Numbered from the stretch's first letter, positions 28,509-39,586 are shown. The stretch is 58,524 nucleotides of DNA from Anaerolineales bacterium (GCA_022450585.1 JAKUPR010000007.1:1-58524), one strand, 5' to 3'. Translations and numbers: made by a program. The notes: generated by a model not told the origin, from the letters alone.

Positions 28509-29640
28509 ATTTTCTGTGGCGAAGAGCCACACTTTGTACTAAACCAAGACCTATGCTAAGTGTAAGTAATGCGCTGCCACCGTAACTGACAAATGGAAGC
28601 GGTAATCCGATTACCGGAAGGAGATTAAGATTCATGCCGATGTTGAAGAAAGTCTGCGCAAAAATCATAGTTGCCATTCCATAGCAAAGGTATGCACCGA
28701 ATGGATCGCTAGCGATGGCGGATATTCTTAGAATGCGTACTATGACCACGATTAGTAGAATCATGATTATCACTACTCCCACAAGACCGAACTCTGCGGC
28801 CGTGGCGGAGAAAATGAAGTCTGTATGGCGCACCTTCAAGAATCTCAGTTGCACTTGTGAGGCTTGATTGTAACCTTGTCCAAACCATCCTCCTGAACCG
28901 ATACTAATCAGTGCTTGACGAATATTGTACTGTGCACCGGGGTCAGCTGCTGGGTTGAGGAAATGCGCGATTCGGTCTCGCTGGTACTCTTGCATAAGGA
29001 TCCACAGGACTGGAAGAGAAACAAATCCTGTCCCAGATAGCAGCGCCAGATGCTGCCAGCGCAATCCCGACGCCCAGAGAATGCTCGCCCATACGATAAT
29101 TATCATGACAGCCGAACTCAGGTTGGGCTGGGCCATTACTAACGCGGCTGGGATACCAGCGTGGAGAATTGAAACAATTACCCATTTGAATTGATACAAT
29201 TTCTCGCGTCGATGGGCGAAGAAACTAGATACCCATATTATGCTGCCTATTTTGGCCAGTTCTGAAGGCTGCACGAAGAACAGTCCGAAAAAGTCGAACC
29301 AGCGTTGAGCTCCGCCAGCGACTACACCGGAAATGAAGAGTCCTGTTAGCAGCAAGATGCTCACGAAGTACAGTACACTAGAGAGGCTCTGCCAGTATCG
29401 ATAATCTATTGAGGAAACCAGAAAGAAGAGTGCTGTGCCTGCAACTGCATACTGAATTTGTTTGCCTGGTGTGTCTGAGAGATTGGGGTGGTCAAATGTA
29501 CTGGAGCGAATCATGGCAATACCAAAAGTTACCAATAAAGCTACAGCAACTATCAGGCTCCAGTCTAAGTTTTTCCAAAGTCGTCGTCTCGTGAATGTCA
29601 TTTTGGTAGGATTTGTATCGGCATTTAACCGTATGATCAC
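28498..29640 (-). CDS. rodA: Rod shape-determining SEDS protein RodA
   Basis: GAQRW, QPSELAK, QPNL, IGSGG..G, HTDFIF, EFG, GLPLPFVSYGGS. Directly follows PBP2; start may be 29601. Confidence 0.92.
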   Translation of the reverse strand: MIIRLNADTNPTKMTFTRRRLWKNLDWSLIVAVALLVTFGIAMIRSSTFDHPNLSDTPGKQIQYAVAGTALFFLVSSIDYRYWQSLSSVLYFVSILLLTGLFISGVVAGGAQRWFDFFGLFFVQPSELAKIGSIIWVSSFFAHRREKLYQFKWVIVSILHAGIPAALVMAQPNLSSAVMIIIVWASILWASGLRWQHLALLSGTGFVSLPVLWILMQEYQRDRIAHFLNPAADPGAQYNIRQALISIGSGGWFGQGYNQASQVQLRFLKVRHTDFIFSATAAEFGLVGVVIIMILLIVVIVRILRISAIASDPFGAYLCYGMATMIFAQTFFNIGMNLNLLPVIGLPLPFVSYGGSALLTLSIGLGLVQSVALRHRKYEF

Positions 29641-29662
29641 AAAGTATGTATGTGCAGAATGA

Positions 29663-31666
29663 TCAAGCTGAGTTTTCTTGTTCGATTACTTTAAGTTCAA
29701 AATAGGCATTCAGTATTTCCATTACGATAGGTCCGGCCACAGTGGCACCTTCTTCGCCACTGTATACGAATGCTACTACTGCTATTTCTGGGTCTTCGAA
29801 GGGACCGTAACCAACGAACCAAGCGTGGGCCGGCCATGACCCGAATTTACAGCGGTCGGCTTGTTGGGCTATGTTGTCGCAATATTCCGCTGTGCCGGTC
29901 TTTCCTCCAAGGGCGATTCCGTCAATTTTACCGATTCGCTTCCCCGTTCCGTCAACCATTACCTCTCGCATCCCATTTGACACTAGGTCAAGGACTGTTC
30001 GCTTGAGTGGTGTTTGGTGGATGACGCTACGTTCGAAAGGTAGCACGACATTTCCCTCGCCGTCAAGTATTTCACGAATAAGTGTAGGCCGGATCAAGGC
30101 ACCGCCATTCATGAACGGTGTAAATGAATTGAGTACCTGGAGAGGCGTTGCGAGGACGTAACCCTGTCCTATGGAGGCAATGTATGTGTCTCCGGTGGAC
30201 CAGTTTTCGCCGATATTAAGCCGCTTCCAGTCCCGGTTAGGTATAAGGCCTGTCAATTCTCCTGGCAATTCTATGCCTGTGGGATGATTGTATCCGAGCC
30301 AGGTTGCGTACTGATGAACGCGGTCAATTCCTAGTCCTCCATTGGTTACACCACCCTCGTCGTAACCGCCACCGAGAGCGTAGAAATACACATCGCAAGA
30401 ATGTGCAAGTCCGGTGATAAAATCCACCAGTCCGTGCCCGTCTCTTTTCCAGCATACTACCTTGCGTTTCTTACCAGGATCATTAGGGAAATAACGGTTG
30501 ACGATTTCAATTTCTCCGGGGTCAGATACGCGTTGCTCTGGAGTTACTATTTCTTCCTGTAGTGCTCCAGATGCCACGACCAGCTTGAAAACTGATCCAG
30601 GCGGGTGTTCGCCGCTGATAGCCTGATTAAGCAGTGGACGATGGGGATGCTCGTGTAACTCGCTGTAATATTCCACTGGGATGAAACGAGCAAATTGCTG
30701 GTTGTCATATGTCGGTAGCGATACCATTGCTAGAATTTCGCCGGTTATCGGGTTCATGGCGATGACTACTCCGTTCGTTACAGGTTGTCCCCGACGCAAC
30801 TGGTTTTCCTGTTTCATGCGTTGGCGTAGTGCTCCCTCTGCTATTGCCTGTAAACGGACATCTAGGGTCAGAACCAGGCTGTTTCCGGGGATTGCTGGCT
30901 CAACTTGTCCCACCGAGCGTAATTCTAACCCTGCTACATCGTGTTCTACAAGCTTGGATCCATTCTTACCGGCGAGTGTGTTTTGCATGAACGCCTCTAT
31001 ACCCGCGTAACCAATTTTATCTCTGGAAGGTTCGAATCCTTGTTCGAGGTAGAAAGCCTCTACCTCTCTGGTGATTGGACCCATGTATCCCACCACGTGC
31101 GCGGTGAGTGCTCCAGTAGGGTAATCGCGCGTCGGAGATACTTTGATGCCTACACCTGGAAGGGTACGTAACTCCTCACTCAAGGCCATCGCTACGTTAC
31201 GCGGGACGTTGGGCGCGACAGTGACTTGTTCATATGGTGCAAGTGACTGCTGTAAATATACCACCTCAGCTATACCTGGAGGTGGTGCATTTTCACCTAA
31301 CCGGTTGGTGCTTGTGTTGCCAGCATCAAGTGGAGGTGTGTTAATCGGCGCTCCAGTAATGAAAGAAATTCGTTCATAAATCTCATTGAGGCGCAGGTCA
31401 TCTACGGGAAGTTCTGCTGGTGTAATCACCACGTTAAAGGTGGGTAAATTGTGGGCTAGGGTCACACCATTACGGTCATAAATCACTCCGCGTGGCGCAG
31501 GTTCGTTTACTCTGGATTGTCGGTTTTCAATAGCAAGCTCGCTCATTTGAAGATGCTCGAAGACCTGGAGTCGCAATAGTTGGCTGATAACAGAAATTAT
31601 GCCTATCACGATTAGGGCATAAAAGGTTCCCATTCGCGTGGACGATATGAAAGGTGGGGAGTTCAA
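29663..31666 (-). CDS. mrdA: Penicillin-binding protein 2 (class B)
   Basis: APRG.IYDRNG, PGSVFK (SxxK), SCD (SxN-like), KTGTAE. Start estimated at TTG 31666 after mreD. Confidence 0.92.
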   Translation of the reverse strand: MNSPPFISSTRMGTFYALIVIGIISVISQLLRLQVFEHLQMSELAIENRQSRVNEPAPRGVIYDRNGVTLAHNLPTFNVVITPAELPVDDLRLNEIYERISFITGAPINTPPLDAGNTSTNRLGENAPPPGIAEVVYLQQSLAPYEQVTVAPNVPRNVAMALSEELRTLPGVGIKVSPTRDYPTGALTAHVVGYMGPITREVEAFYLEQGFEPSRDKIGYAGIEAFMQNTLAGKNGSKLVEHDVAGLELRSVGQVEPAIPGNSLVLTLDVRLQAIAEGALRQRMKQENQLRRGQPVTNGVVIAMNPITGEILAMVSLPTYDNQQFARFIPVEYYSELHEHPHRPLLNQAISGEHPPGSVFKLVVASGALQEEIVTPEQRVSDPGEIEIVNRYFPNDPGKKRKVVCWKRDGHGLVDFITGLAHSCDVYFYALGGGYDEGGVTNGGLGIDRVHQYATWLGYNHPTGIELPGELTGLIPNRDWKRLNIGENWSTGDTYIASIGQGYVLATPLQVLNSFTPFMNGGALIRPTLIREILDGEGNVVLPFERSVIHQTPLKRTVLDLVSNGMREVMVDGTGKRIGKIDGIALGGKTGTAEYCDNIAQQADRCKFGSWPAHAWFVGYGPFEDPEIAVVAFVYSGEEGATVAGPIVMEILNAYFELKVIEQENSA

Positions 31667-31668
31667 CG

Positions 31669-32175
31669 TTATATATCCATGGATTGTGGAGAGATACGAG
31701 TGGCTATCCATCGTGTAGTGGGAAAGACGATGAGCATTAGAATAGTGTTTAGAGCAATACTCGGTAAAAATATGTTGATCAACGTGTTTCCCCAGTATCC
31801 CTCCCAATTGGAAAACATGAGCACTATTGAATATACTAGATAGTACAGAATGCTTCCGGAGGCTGCTACAGCCATACGGAGAAAGACGTGACTTGCCCAG
31901 ACTCGCTCGCTGGTGAAGTTTGCCAGGACAGTGGCAGCTAGTAATGCTAAAATCGTTGCTCCCATAGGTCCACCGGAAAGTGTGTCAATAGCTAGACCGC
32001 CAATTAGAGCCCACAAGATGTTCTCCGCTTGTGGGCTCGCGAGATTCCAAGCTAGTACCGCTACCAACACTAGATCGGGTTTGGCTCCGATGGACCAAAT
32101 TGTGTGTGGGATCAGCGTACTTTGGACTGTCGCCAACAGGGGTAAAAGCAGTAGAGCCAGGACAACGTTTCTCAT
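31669..32175 (-). CDS. mreD: Rod shape-determining protein MreD
   Basis: Hydrophobic; PDL.LV and GGL..D.LSG.P.G. Located between mreC and mrdA. Confidence 0.88.
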   Translation of the reverse strand: MRNVVLALLLLPLLATVQSTLIPHTIWSIGAKPDLVLVAVLAWNLASPQAENILWALIGGLAIDTLSGGPMGATILALLAATVLANFTSERVWASHVFLRMAVAASGSILYYLVYSIVLMFSNWEGYWGNTLINIFLPSIALNTILMLIVFPTTRWIATRISPQSMDI

Positions 32176-33023
32176 TGGGTTAGCGGCTCTTGGGTTCCCA
32201 ACAGCGGGCTGAGATCAGTGGGCAAGAAATCGGTGATAATCAATGCGATTTCTATAGAGTGGAAATCCACTTCTGGAATCACCTCTGCTTCTTGGAACAC
32301 ATCGTAAGCACGCTTGCGCACTGAGGCCACTGACCCCACAGGGATGCCGGCCGGCAGCGTTCCTCCCAAACAAGATGTTACCGCAATGTCGCCAGCCTGT
32401 AAATTTACATCAAGTGAGATGAAACGGAGACTCATGTCATTGGAATATTGCCCGAAAAGAACTCCCGTTGCCCTTGATGGTTGTAACCGCACATTCACAG
32501 CCATTTCAGAGCTGTTTACCAGCAATACTTTGCTTGCTCGTGGCGTAGCTTCGTTGATGATTCCAAGAAGGCCAGATTGGGTTACCACCGGCATGCCTCG
32601 TTGTACTCCGGCGGTGGTTCCTTGGTTCAGTATAATGAATTGAAGAAAAGCAGTTGGGTCTTGACCAATGACTTTGGCCGCAAGGTAAGTATGTTCGTGA
32701 TGCTTGCGCCCAAAATCTAGCAATTCTGCAAGCATATCGCGCTCGGCAGCCGCGTCCTCTAGTTGTACTTTATGAGTCCGCAGCAGTGTATTTTCAGCTA
32801 CCAATGTCGCGTTGCGATCTAGTAATGCTTGAGGGGCTATTTCTCTTGCATCTGAAACTTTAGGAATTAATTCTGCGAGACCTTGCTGCAAAGGTGTCAT
32901 TACTGTACTGAGTACATCCTGGAGTGCGGCTAGATTCCCTCGTTGACCTAGGGTCAGTAGAAGAACAGCAGCCGCCAAAACAATGATGGTGATGGTGCGA
33001 CTCAGAGATGTCTTACCGGGCAT
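32172..33023 (-). CDS. mreC: Rod shape-determining protein MreC
   Basis: TM plus coiled coil, A.VIG.D, ILNQG...GV..GMPV, GD..VTS.LGG..P.GIPVG. Confidence 0.92.
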   Translation of the reverse strand: MPGKTSLSRTITIIVLAAAVLLLTLGQRGNLAALQDVLSTVMTPLQQGLAELIPKVSDAREIAPQALLDRNATLVAENTLLRTHKVQLEDAAAERDMLAELLDFGRKHHEHTYLAAKVIGQDPTAFLQFIILNQGTTAGVQRGMPVVTQSGLLGIINEATPRASKVLLVNSSEMAVNVRLQPSRATGVLFGQYSNDMSLRFISLDVNLQAGDIAVTSCLGGTLPAGIPVGSVASVRKRAYDVFQEAEVIPEVDFHSIEIALIITDFLPTDLSPLLGTQEPLTQ

Positions 33024-33056
33024 AGCAACTATTCTCGGTAGGTGAGGGTGGGTCTA

Positions 33057-34016
33057 TTACTTGTGGGCAGCAAGTTTATCCTTGTAGAATTTGATGGTTT
33101 TCTGCAGACCCACCTGTAGTGAAATACATGGTTGCCATCGAAGAAGCTCTTCGGCCCGTGAAATGTCAGGTTGTCTCTGTTGTGGGTCGCTGCGGGTACG
33201 TCCATCTGTAAAAACTGTCCCTGCGGTGTTGTTCGTTATCTTGTTGATTGCGTCCGCTAATTCCATTATAGTGATTTCGTGAGGGTTGCCCAAGTTGACG
33301 GGGTGGTGTTCACGGGATTCCAGCAATGCTACAATACCATTCACTAGGTCGTCCACATAGCAAAAGCTACGAGTTTGCTTGCCATCACCGTAAATCGTTA
33401 GAGATGTTTCACGAAGTGCCTGATGAATGAAGTTGGGTACTGCGCGGCCATCATCCATGGCCATGCGTGGCCCGTAAGTGTTAAAAATGCGCACGATGCG
33501 GGTGTCAACTCCGTGTGTACGTTGATAAGCCATAGTTAGTGCTTCAGCGAAGCGTTTTGCTTCATCGTAAACTGATCGCGGTCCGATGGGATCTACATTC
33601 CCCCAATATGTTTCACTCTGGGGGTGTTCTAGTGGATCGCCGTAAACCTCTGATGTGGAGGCAAGCAAAAAAACAGCTGCGTGTTTTTTTGCCACTCCTA
33701 ATGCGTTCAGCGTTCCCAGGGCACCTGCTTTTAGTGTCTGTATGGGAAGCTGTAAGTAGCCGGTCGGAGCAGTCTGAGAGGGGCTTGCGGGCGAGGCGAA
33801 GTGCATTACGGCGTCCACAGGGTCTGAAAAGTTGATGTAATCAGCCACATTGTGGTAAATGAAACTGAAATTCTTATTTTCACTTAGGTGGGAGATATTA
33901 TTGCTGCTGCCGGTGATGAGATTGTCGATTGCGACGACCGAGTGGTCATCTGAAAGTAGACGATCGCAGAGATGCGACCCTATGAAACCTGCGCCGCCAG
34001 TGATAAGTATACGCAT
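33057..34016 (-). CDS. UDP-glucuronate decarboxylase-like NAD-dependent epimerase/dehydratase (UXS family)
   Basis: [54 protein letters not shown]. Confidence 0.9.
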   Translation of the reverse strand: MRILITGGAGFIGSHLCDRLLSDDHSVVAIDNLITGSSNNISHLSENKNFSFIYHNVADYINFSDPVDAVMHFASPASPSQTAPTGYLQLPIQTLKAGALGTLNALGVAKKHAAVFLLASTSEVYGDPLEHPQSETYWGNVDPIGPRSVYDEAKRFAEALTMAYQRTHGVDTRIVRIFNTYGPRMAMDDGRAVPNFIHQALRETSLTIYGDGKQTRSFCYVDDLVNGIVALLESREHHPVNLGNPHEITIMELADAINKITNNTAGTVFTDGRTRSDPQQRQPDISRAEELLRWQPCISLQVGLQKTIKFYKDKLAAHK

Positions 34017-34083
34017 TGTGTCTATTGTGCGTCGCTTAGGACACGTAGAAATTTTACCATATAGATAGGGACTGAATCTCGAA

Positions 34084-37000
34084 TTAGATTGTAGTTTCTC
34101 GACTTGATTTTACTAGGTGTTGTGCAAGGGCGATCGTTAGCATGAAGGCGAAGGCCAAATCAACAAACCAGTAGGAAGCATCCACCATGCCATGGGCTAG
34201 AAAATCTACCATTGAGGCCATTAATCCTATTGTGAGAGCGCGCAATCCCGGGTCGGAAAGTATTCGAAGGGCCCGCGCCGTGGTGTTAAAGAATGCGACT
34301 AGGATCCATAACATGGCCCCTAGTCCCGGAAGACCAATCCGAGCAGCGAAATCCAAAATCCAGTTGTGTGCATGGGAAAGATGCGGGTCTTGCCAAGCTT
34401 CTGGTGCTATGTATTTTCCACGATACGCATACAGAAAATTGTCGAGCCCAATTCCGGTGAATGGATTATCCTTAATCATTTTGAGTGTGCTTCTCCAGAG
34501 ATTGAGACGGAAAAAAGTTGGGCCAGTGGTATAGCTTAGCATACTAATTAGTCGTGGGTGGTTTCCGAAAGCGAACAGCACCGAGGTCGTCCCGGTCAGC
34601 AAAGCAATGAGCGCGGCCGCAGCGGTTTTTCCGCCTCGGAAGAGTAAGATGAGTGTCAATGCAGCTGGTACACCAAGCAGAAGCGCCCCTCTCGAGAAGC
34701 TGAGTGCTAGTGCGGCCGCCATGAGAATGACAGCTCCTAAGTAGCTCAAGCGGCGGTAGAATGATCCTCCGAGTAGCGCAACTGCTACAGCGACTGGTAG
34801 TGCGCGTCCGAGGTACAGTCCCACGTTATTTGGTGATCCGTAAACGCTTCTTAGGCGTAGTACACCGCCCTCCGCTGTAATCAGGTTAACACCTAGAGCA
34901 TATTGAACTAATCCAATCACTGCTACTAGAGAAGCGCCTATGATAAAAAAGTCAACTATGCGCCAGAGTTCCTTCTTCTTTAGAGGGAGGCTGCGTAAGA
35001 TTCCATAAAATAGGATTGGTTCTAATACCATTGTCCGTAGTTCGTTGAAAGCTACTCCTCGTAGGTCTGCACTGATAATTGAAGCTGTGGCTAGGAATCC
35101 GAATAGCAGCACTGCGAGATCTAGTGAATTCAGAGAGAAACCGATTCCTGTGGCTCTGATGACTCGGATGCGCTGATGAGATATCCAGCGCAGCGCAACG
35201 GCTGCTCCTAACAGTAACGTAAAAATCTCCACAGCTGAGAAAACGCGCTCAAACATGGGGCGTGGCTGTAGGTAGAAAGGTGCAGCTAACGCGATCAGTG
35301 CTAATCCGATAGCTGGTCGCGCATAAAAAAGCACGAACAATGTTATTAGGCTTGCGAGAGTTAGTAGAAGCCATGGTGAAAGGTAAAATAATCCGGCTGA
35401 GAATGCCGTAAGAGCCAGAGGCAATGCGTCGCTCTGGCGACGGAAAATATGTGGGATACTCTGGCCCCAGGCCATACTGGCGGAAAGCCAGAACAATGCC
35501 GCTAGTCCTAGGGCGGTTAGTACACTGCCCTGGTGGTTGCCAATGGCAAGCAGAGAATCACGCAGTGACAATGAGCGACCTCTTGCGACAATGATTAGCA
35601 TGACAAACAGAATCAGAGCCACGGTGATTAACAGGGATAAATTGCGCGTCAGCGTCGCCCGGTCCGGAGCATTAAGTACTGAAAAACCCGCAATTGCCCA
35701 TTGTTCCCATCCGCGCTCGGCTCTGATTGTGGCGATGTGTTTACCGGGACTCAATCCACCTGCGATTGGCAGCAGGTCTATGCGAGACGAGAGATCCGGC
35801 GAGGTCAGAATCTGGTATGCCTCGCCATTCACATTTGTAGGAAGTTGGTTTGCAGGTTCACCGTCGACTGTGACAAAGAGCGTTGCACGGTAATCACCGC
35901 GTCTAGCTATGATGCCTAGGTCCGTTCCTTCAAAGGCAAAGCTTATTTCTGCTTTACCGAATTGTGGGATATCAGCGCCTAGACCGGAGAATTGCCAATC
36001 TCCTTTGTATAGTGCAAAGGGTGTGGTGGGTGAGTGTATTCCTGGCGGAGCAAAGGTATTGTCTGGATTCTTAAGTCTATGACGTAAGTCATCTAGGATG
36101 GGTAGCGGTTGACCCTCAGGTGTTAGCATGGAAAATCCCCAACGAGGGTCGTTCAGGTTGTCGCTTGGCTGTAGGTTATCTAAAACCAACACACCTGACC
36201 AAGGCCATTCGACCCGGGCTCGTTCGAAGGCGTTGACGGTTCTTTTTGACTGCTGGCTAGCGTCTGTCACTCCCCAAGTATTCTTGGGGTTAGACGCTAC
36301 CTTGGGATTGTACCACCCAAAATTGGTTCCCCAGAGTAGTTTATGTGTGTCGCCGGCACGTTCCATTTCGGCACGAAGAAGGATGAAACGGGAGAAATTC
36401 AGTATTCTTGGATGTAGTCTTCGGTCTTCTGGTGTGCTGCTGAATCCATATGGCTTGCCGGCGGCCGCATCAAAAAACGGACCTGCGCCAGTTTCGTACA
36501 ATTGGCGCAGGAATACTAAATCACTTATATTGTCGGGTCCAGTTTCGATTGTCGGTGCGAGACCAGCTAAGAGTACCGTTGAATGGCTGTCTGATTGGTG
36601 AATGGCGGCGTGGCTTGCCGCTAGTAGTTGTCCATATGCGGCCGCCGAAGGTGTCTCTCCCCAACTACTGAGCAAGTTGGGCTCGTCCCAGATTTGATAG
36701 ACGTCAATGTTATCTCCGTAACGACTGGCGAAGCGACCGGCAAATTTCGCAAAGGCGCTTGGGTCATTCGGCGCTGTTTTCCCGGAAAGCACTGCTATCA
36801 TTCCCAAATTGTTGTGGGTCACAGCGGCCACGAGTTTGTCGGCTGATTCCCAATCAAAGCTGTCCTCTTGCCATTGGAAAGTTTGTCGCACCCAACCAAA
36901 TCCGGCAGTCGAGGCTATGTGTAGAGTGGAAGTCTGCGTATCGGTCGTTGCCGCCAGTAATTCGATGTTAACACCGTATAGGTTCGAAGGTCGTGGAGTT

Positions 37001-37128
37001 AGGTTAACGGTTGGTAGTTGGGACATCTGACCCTTGTTTTGCTGGAGGTGTTGGAACACTAAACCGACCATGCCCAGCAGGCTGGCTAACAATAGAAGGG
37101 CGCACAATTTTGTCAAGATGAACCGCAT
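34084..37128 (-). CDS. Fusion: GH-A clan (GH5/GH39-like) TIM barrel, beta-sandwich module and O-antigen ligase (Wzy_C) domain
   Basis: N-terminal [21 protein letters not shown]; C-terminal [20 protein letters not shown]...MI.DNP..GIG..NF, HAHN. Confidence 0.85.
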   Translation of the reverse strand: MRFILTKLCALLLLASLLGMVGLVFQHLQQNKGQMSQLPTVNLTPRPSNLYGVNIELLAATTDTQTSTLHIASTAGFGWVRQTFQWQEDSFDWESADKLVAAVTHNNLGMIAVLSGKTAPNDPSAFAKFAGRFASRYGDNIDVYQIWDEPNLLSSWGETPSAAAYGQLLAASHAAIHQSDSHSTVLLAGLAPTIETGPDNISDLVFLRQLYETGAGPFFDAAAGKPYGFSSTPEDRRLHPRILNFSRFILLRAEMERAGDTHKLLWGTNFGWYNPKVASNPKNTWGVTDASQQSKRTVNAFERARVEWPWSGVLVLDNLQPSDNLNDPRWGFSMLTPEGQPLPILDDLRHRLKNPDNTFAPPGIHSPTTPFALYKGDWQFSGLGADIPQFGKAEISFAFEGTDLGIIARRGDYRATLFVTVDGEPANQLPTNVNGEAYQILTSPDLSSRIDLLPIAGGLSPGKHIATIRAERGWEQWAIAGFSVLNAPDRATLTRNLSLLITVALILFVMLIIVARGRSLSLRDSLLAIGNHQGSVLTALGLAALFWLSASMAWGQSIPHIFRRQSDALPLALTAFSAGLFYLSPWLLLTLASLITLFVLFYARPAIGLALIALAAPFYLQPRPMFERVFSAVEIFTLLLGAAVALRWISHQRIRVIRATGIGFSLNSLDLAVLLFGFLATASIISADLRGVAFNELRTMVLEPILFYGILRSLPLKKKELWRIVDFFIIGASLVAVIGLVQYALGVNLITAEGGVLRLRSVYGSPNNVGLYLGRALPVAVAVALLGGSFYRRLSYLGAVILMAAALALSFSRGALLLGVPAALTLILLFRGGKTAAAALIALLTGTTSVLFAFGNHPRLISMLSYTTGPTFFRLNLWRSTLKMIKDNPFTGIGLDNFLYAYRGKYIAPEAWQDPHLSHAHNWILDFAARIGLPGLGAMLWILVAFFNTTARALRILSDPGLRALTIGLMASMVDFLAHGMVDASYWFVDLAFAFMLTIALAQHLVKSSRETTI

Positions 37129-37131
37129 ATG

Positions 37132-38712
37132 TTAATTTGTCCAGCTAGGGCTGCTAGTCTGCGCATCGTCTGTGAGCTGCTGTGCCAGTATTGATGTCTC
37201 TTCCACAATCCACAGGTCCCCCCGATGGATAAGTGCAATTTGATGGCCTGAGGGAGACCATGCGACTGTTTGAGGTTTTATTCCTGCCTCACCCTCTGGG
37301 GGGAATATGGCAGTTGTGTTGCTTCCGTCCTGATCCATTAACGCAAGCTGATAGCGACTACTTAAACTATGCAGTGGATCGAGTGCTTGCAGAAAAGCGA
37401 TTCGGTAGTTACTCATTGATGATGCATGAATTACCGGGGATGCCCACATCCCGCTGCGTTCTGCTAAAGTTACCTGAAAACTGCCATCTAGCGCAATCGC
37501 GGATAAATTGAATACGGGGCTATGTTCAGGCTGTTCTAATCCAACGGGCGCTGCATGTGTGACTGTATAGAGGAATCGACCGTCAGGTGACCATGACATG
37601 GAAGGGAGCCAGACCCAGTCATCCCATGTTTGCAAGTGGGAGAACGTCGTCAGTCTTTGCAGTGTTGTTTGAGCAGGGTTGCTGATATCTATGATTCCGA
37701 CGGCGTCAGCCTGTGAATAGGCAAGTTGCTGTCCGCCTGGAGCCCATGCGAAACTCATTCCATACCACCCATAACTGCCGCCTGCGGACGGCTCGAGTAA
37801 AATAGTCTCATTCTGGACTGTACCTTCTTCGTCGAAGACAACCAAGCGGAGGTCATTGTTTGCTTGCCAGCCGGGCATGGTGTTGCGCGGTTCGCCTGTT
37901 GACAATGCCAGTGTACGCTCCTCTTGTGGGGTCCAGGATGCCCATAGTACGTTTTCATATTGCAGAGAAAAAGGTACGGGCTGGTTGACCTGGGTGGATA
38001 CAACCCAGAGTTCATTAAATGCCCCGCTAGAATTAGCATCTTCCCCTTTGGGGAGAGTGCGAGTGTACAGCAGATATTCACCGTTACTTGAGAGTTGGAA
38101 AACGCGCCCATCGAGACCACCAGCCACAGTGAGTGGTTTGCGACTGCCACTGGAATTACGCATAATCCAGGCGTTGCCAGTGGAAAGATACGCCAGAGTG
38201 CCCTCGATTGGAATTACGGTGAAAGATGAATGTGCTCCTACCATCACGATTTCATCAAGAGGATCGCTGATGATGGTGCGTCGTAGTATAGCTTTCGAAA
38301 CCTCTACACCGTCTTCCAAAACAATACGGTACGTAATTTCTTCCAATCCGCTTTGCCCGGTTTGTAGCAATCGTGTTTCGCCCACTGGGAGGCCCTCGTT
38401 GCGTACCACTTGTTTTTCAAACGGTATCACCGCCTCTTCCCTTTCCAGTTTTTCTTGTACTCGCCTAACTGTGATTTGCATTCCGTCAGTGAGTGCGGTA
38501 AATTCACTTGGAGAAACGCGGTCGAGTTTTTCAAGGATTATGTTTTGTTCGGAAAGAACATCACGTACGACGTTGCCAGAACTGGTCACCATGCTGCTCT
38601 GTCCGTCATGAATGACTCTGACTGAGACTTGCGCTGGGGCGGGTGTACTGACTGATTGGCATGCTGCTAGACAGAGCAGGGCTGCCAACAGATGCGTTTT
38701 CGTCTTTCGCAC
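37132..38712 (-). CDS. Lipoprotein with DUF348/G5 domains and a TolB-like beta-propeller
   Basis: GTG 38712 gives VRKTKTHLLAALLCLAAC (lipobox); IPFE.....L..GE....Q.G..G (G5); repeated WSPDG/WSPSG/WAPGG. The track's extension to 39168 overlaps rplY. Confidence 0.82.
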   Translation of the reverse strand: MRKTKTHLLAALLCLAACQSVSTPAPAQVSVRVIHDGQSSMVTSSGNVVRDVLSEQNIILEKLDRVSPSEFTALTDGMQITVRRVQEKLEREEAVIPFEKQVVRNEGLPVGETRLLQTGQSGLEEITYRIVLEDGVEVSKAILRRTIISDPLDEIVMVGAHSSFTVIPIEGTLAYLSTGNAWIMRNSSGSRKPLTVAGGLDGRVFQLSSNGEYLLYTRTLPKGEDANSSGAFNELWVVSTQVNQPVPFSLQYENVLWASWTPQEERTLALSTGEPRNTMPGWQANNDLRLVVFDEEGTVQNETILLEPSAGGSYGWYGMSFAWAPGGQQLAYSQADAVGIIDISNPAQTTLQRLTTFSHLQTWDDWVWLPSMSWSPDGRFLYTVTHAAPVGLEQPEHSPVFNLSAIALDGSFQVTLAERSGMWASPVIHASSMSNYRIAFLQALDPLHSLSSRYQLALMDQDGSNTTAIFPPEGEAGIKPQTVAWSPSGHQIALIHRGDLWIVEETSILAQQLTDDAQTSSPSWTN

Positions 38713-38736
38713 GAGCCGAATCGAAGCATACCTTTC

Positions 38737-38765
38737 TTGACGAAAATGGCCAGTCACGCTACAAT
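38737..38765 (+). promoter_or_regulatory. sigma70 promoter of rplY
   Basis: TTGACG, 17 nt, TACAAT. Confidence 0.7.
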
Positions 38766-38893
38766 CAGCGCGCTTCAGGGAAGAGCGCGTGTGCGTCGTT
38801 CGATGGGGCCAATTCCGCCGCATGAGGTGGGAGGTCCCTTTTTGTCCGCCTGCACCAGCTGCCACGAAAGCATTATAATCAAGGTGACACTCG

Positions 38894-39586
38894 ATGGAAA
38901 CCTTATCACTTACTGCGCAGAAGCGCGACACGGTTCGTAAAGGCCTAAACCGGCTCCGCCGCGAGGGTTTTTTGCCTGCTGTGTTATATGGACCAGGTGT
39001 AGAAGCCATACCCTTGCAATTGCCGGCACACCAGGCCGGGCAATTGCTGAATCGCATACGTGGCACAGTGCTACTTGAATTGTCAGTAGATGGCGAGAAA
39101 CACACAACGATTGTACGCGATTTGCAGCGTGACGTATTACTGGGAACTCCATTGCATGTGGACTTCATGGCAGTTGCGATGGATCAGAAGTTGACTATTA
39201 CGGTGCCAATCCGTCTTGTGGGAGAAGCCCCGGCAGTGGCCACTGGAGAGTATGCAGTTATGACTGGGATTAGCGAGGTGGAAGTAGAGTGCCTCCCTAG
39301 GGATATGGTCAACTCTCTGGAAGTCAGTGTCGATTCACTGGCTGAGCTGGGAGACACTTTGACTGTGGCTGATGTAGATGCCCCTCCGGGTGTCACCATT
39401 ATCTCTGATTCCGGAGATAATGTGGCTCGCGTGGCCTATGCTGGCATTCTAGAGACCGAAGAGGAAGAGGAAGAAGATGTATTCGATCTTGATGCCGAGG
39501 ATGTAGAAGTGATTGAAAAGGGCAAGATCGACGAGGAAGACGGAGAAGATGGGGGTGAAGGAGAGCAGTCTCGAGAAGAAGCTTAA
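38894..39586 (+). CDS. rplY: 50S ribosomal protein bL25 / Ctc, long form with acidic tail
   Basis: LRREG..PAVLYG, Q.D......HVDF, VPI.LVGE, CLP. Glu/Asp-rich C-terminus. Confidence 0.93.
   Translation: METLSLTAQKRDTVRKGLNRLRREGFLPAVLYGPGVEAIPLQLPAHQAGQLLNRIRGTVLLELSVDGEKHTTIVRDLQRDVLLGTPLHVDFMAVAMDQKLTITVPIRLVGEAPAVATGEYAVMTGISEVEVECLPRDMVNSLEVSVDSLAELGDTLTVADVDAPPGVTIISDSGDNVARVAYAGILETEEEEEEDVFDLDAEDVEVIEKGKIDEEDGEDGGEGEQSREEA

Noticed and set aside
38713-39168. N-terminal 152-aa extension of the 37132..39168 track ORF
   Set aside because: It overlaps rplY and its promoter on the opposite strand; a signal peptide and lipobox begin at GTG 38712.
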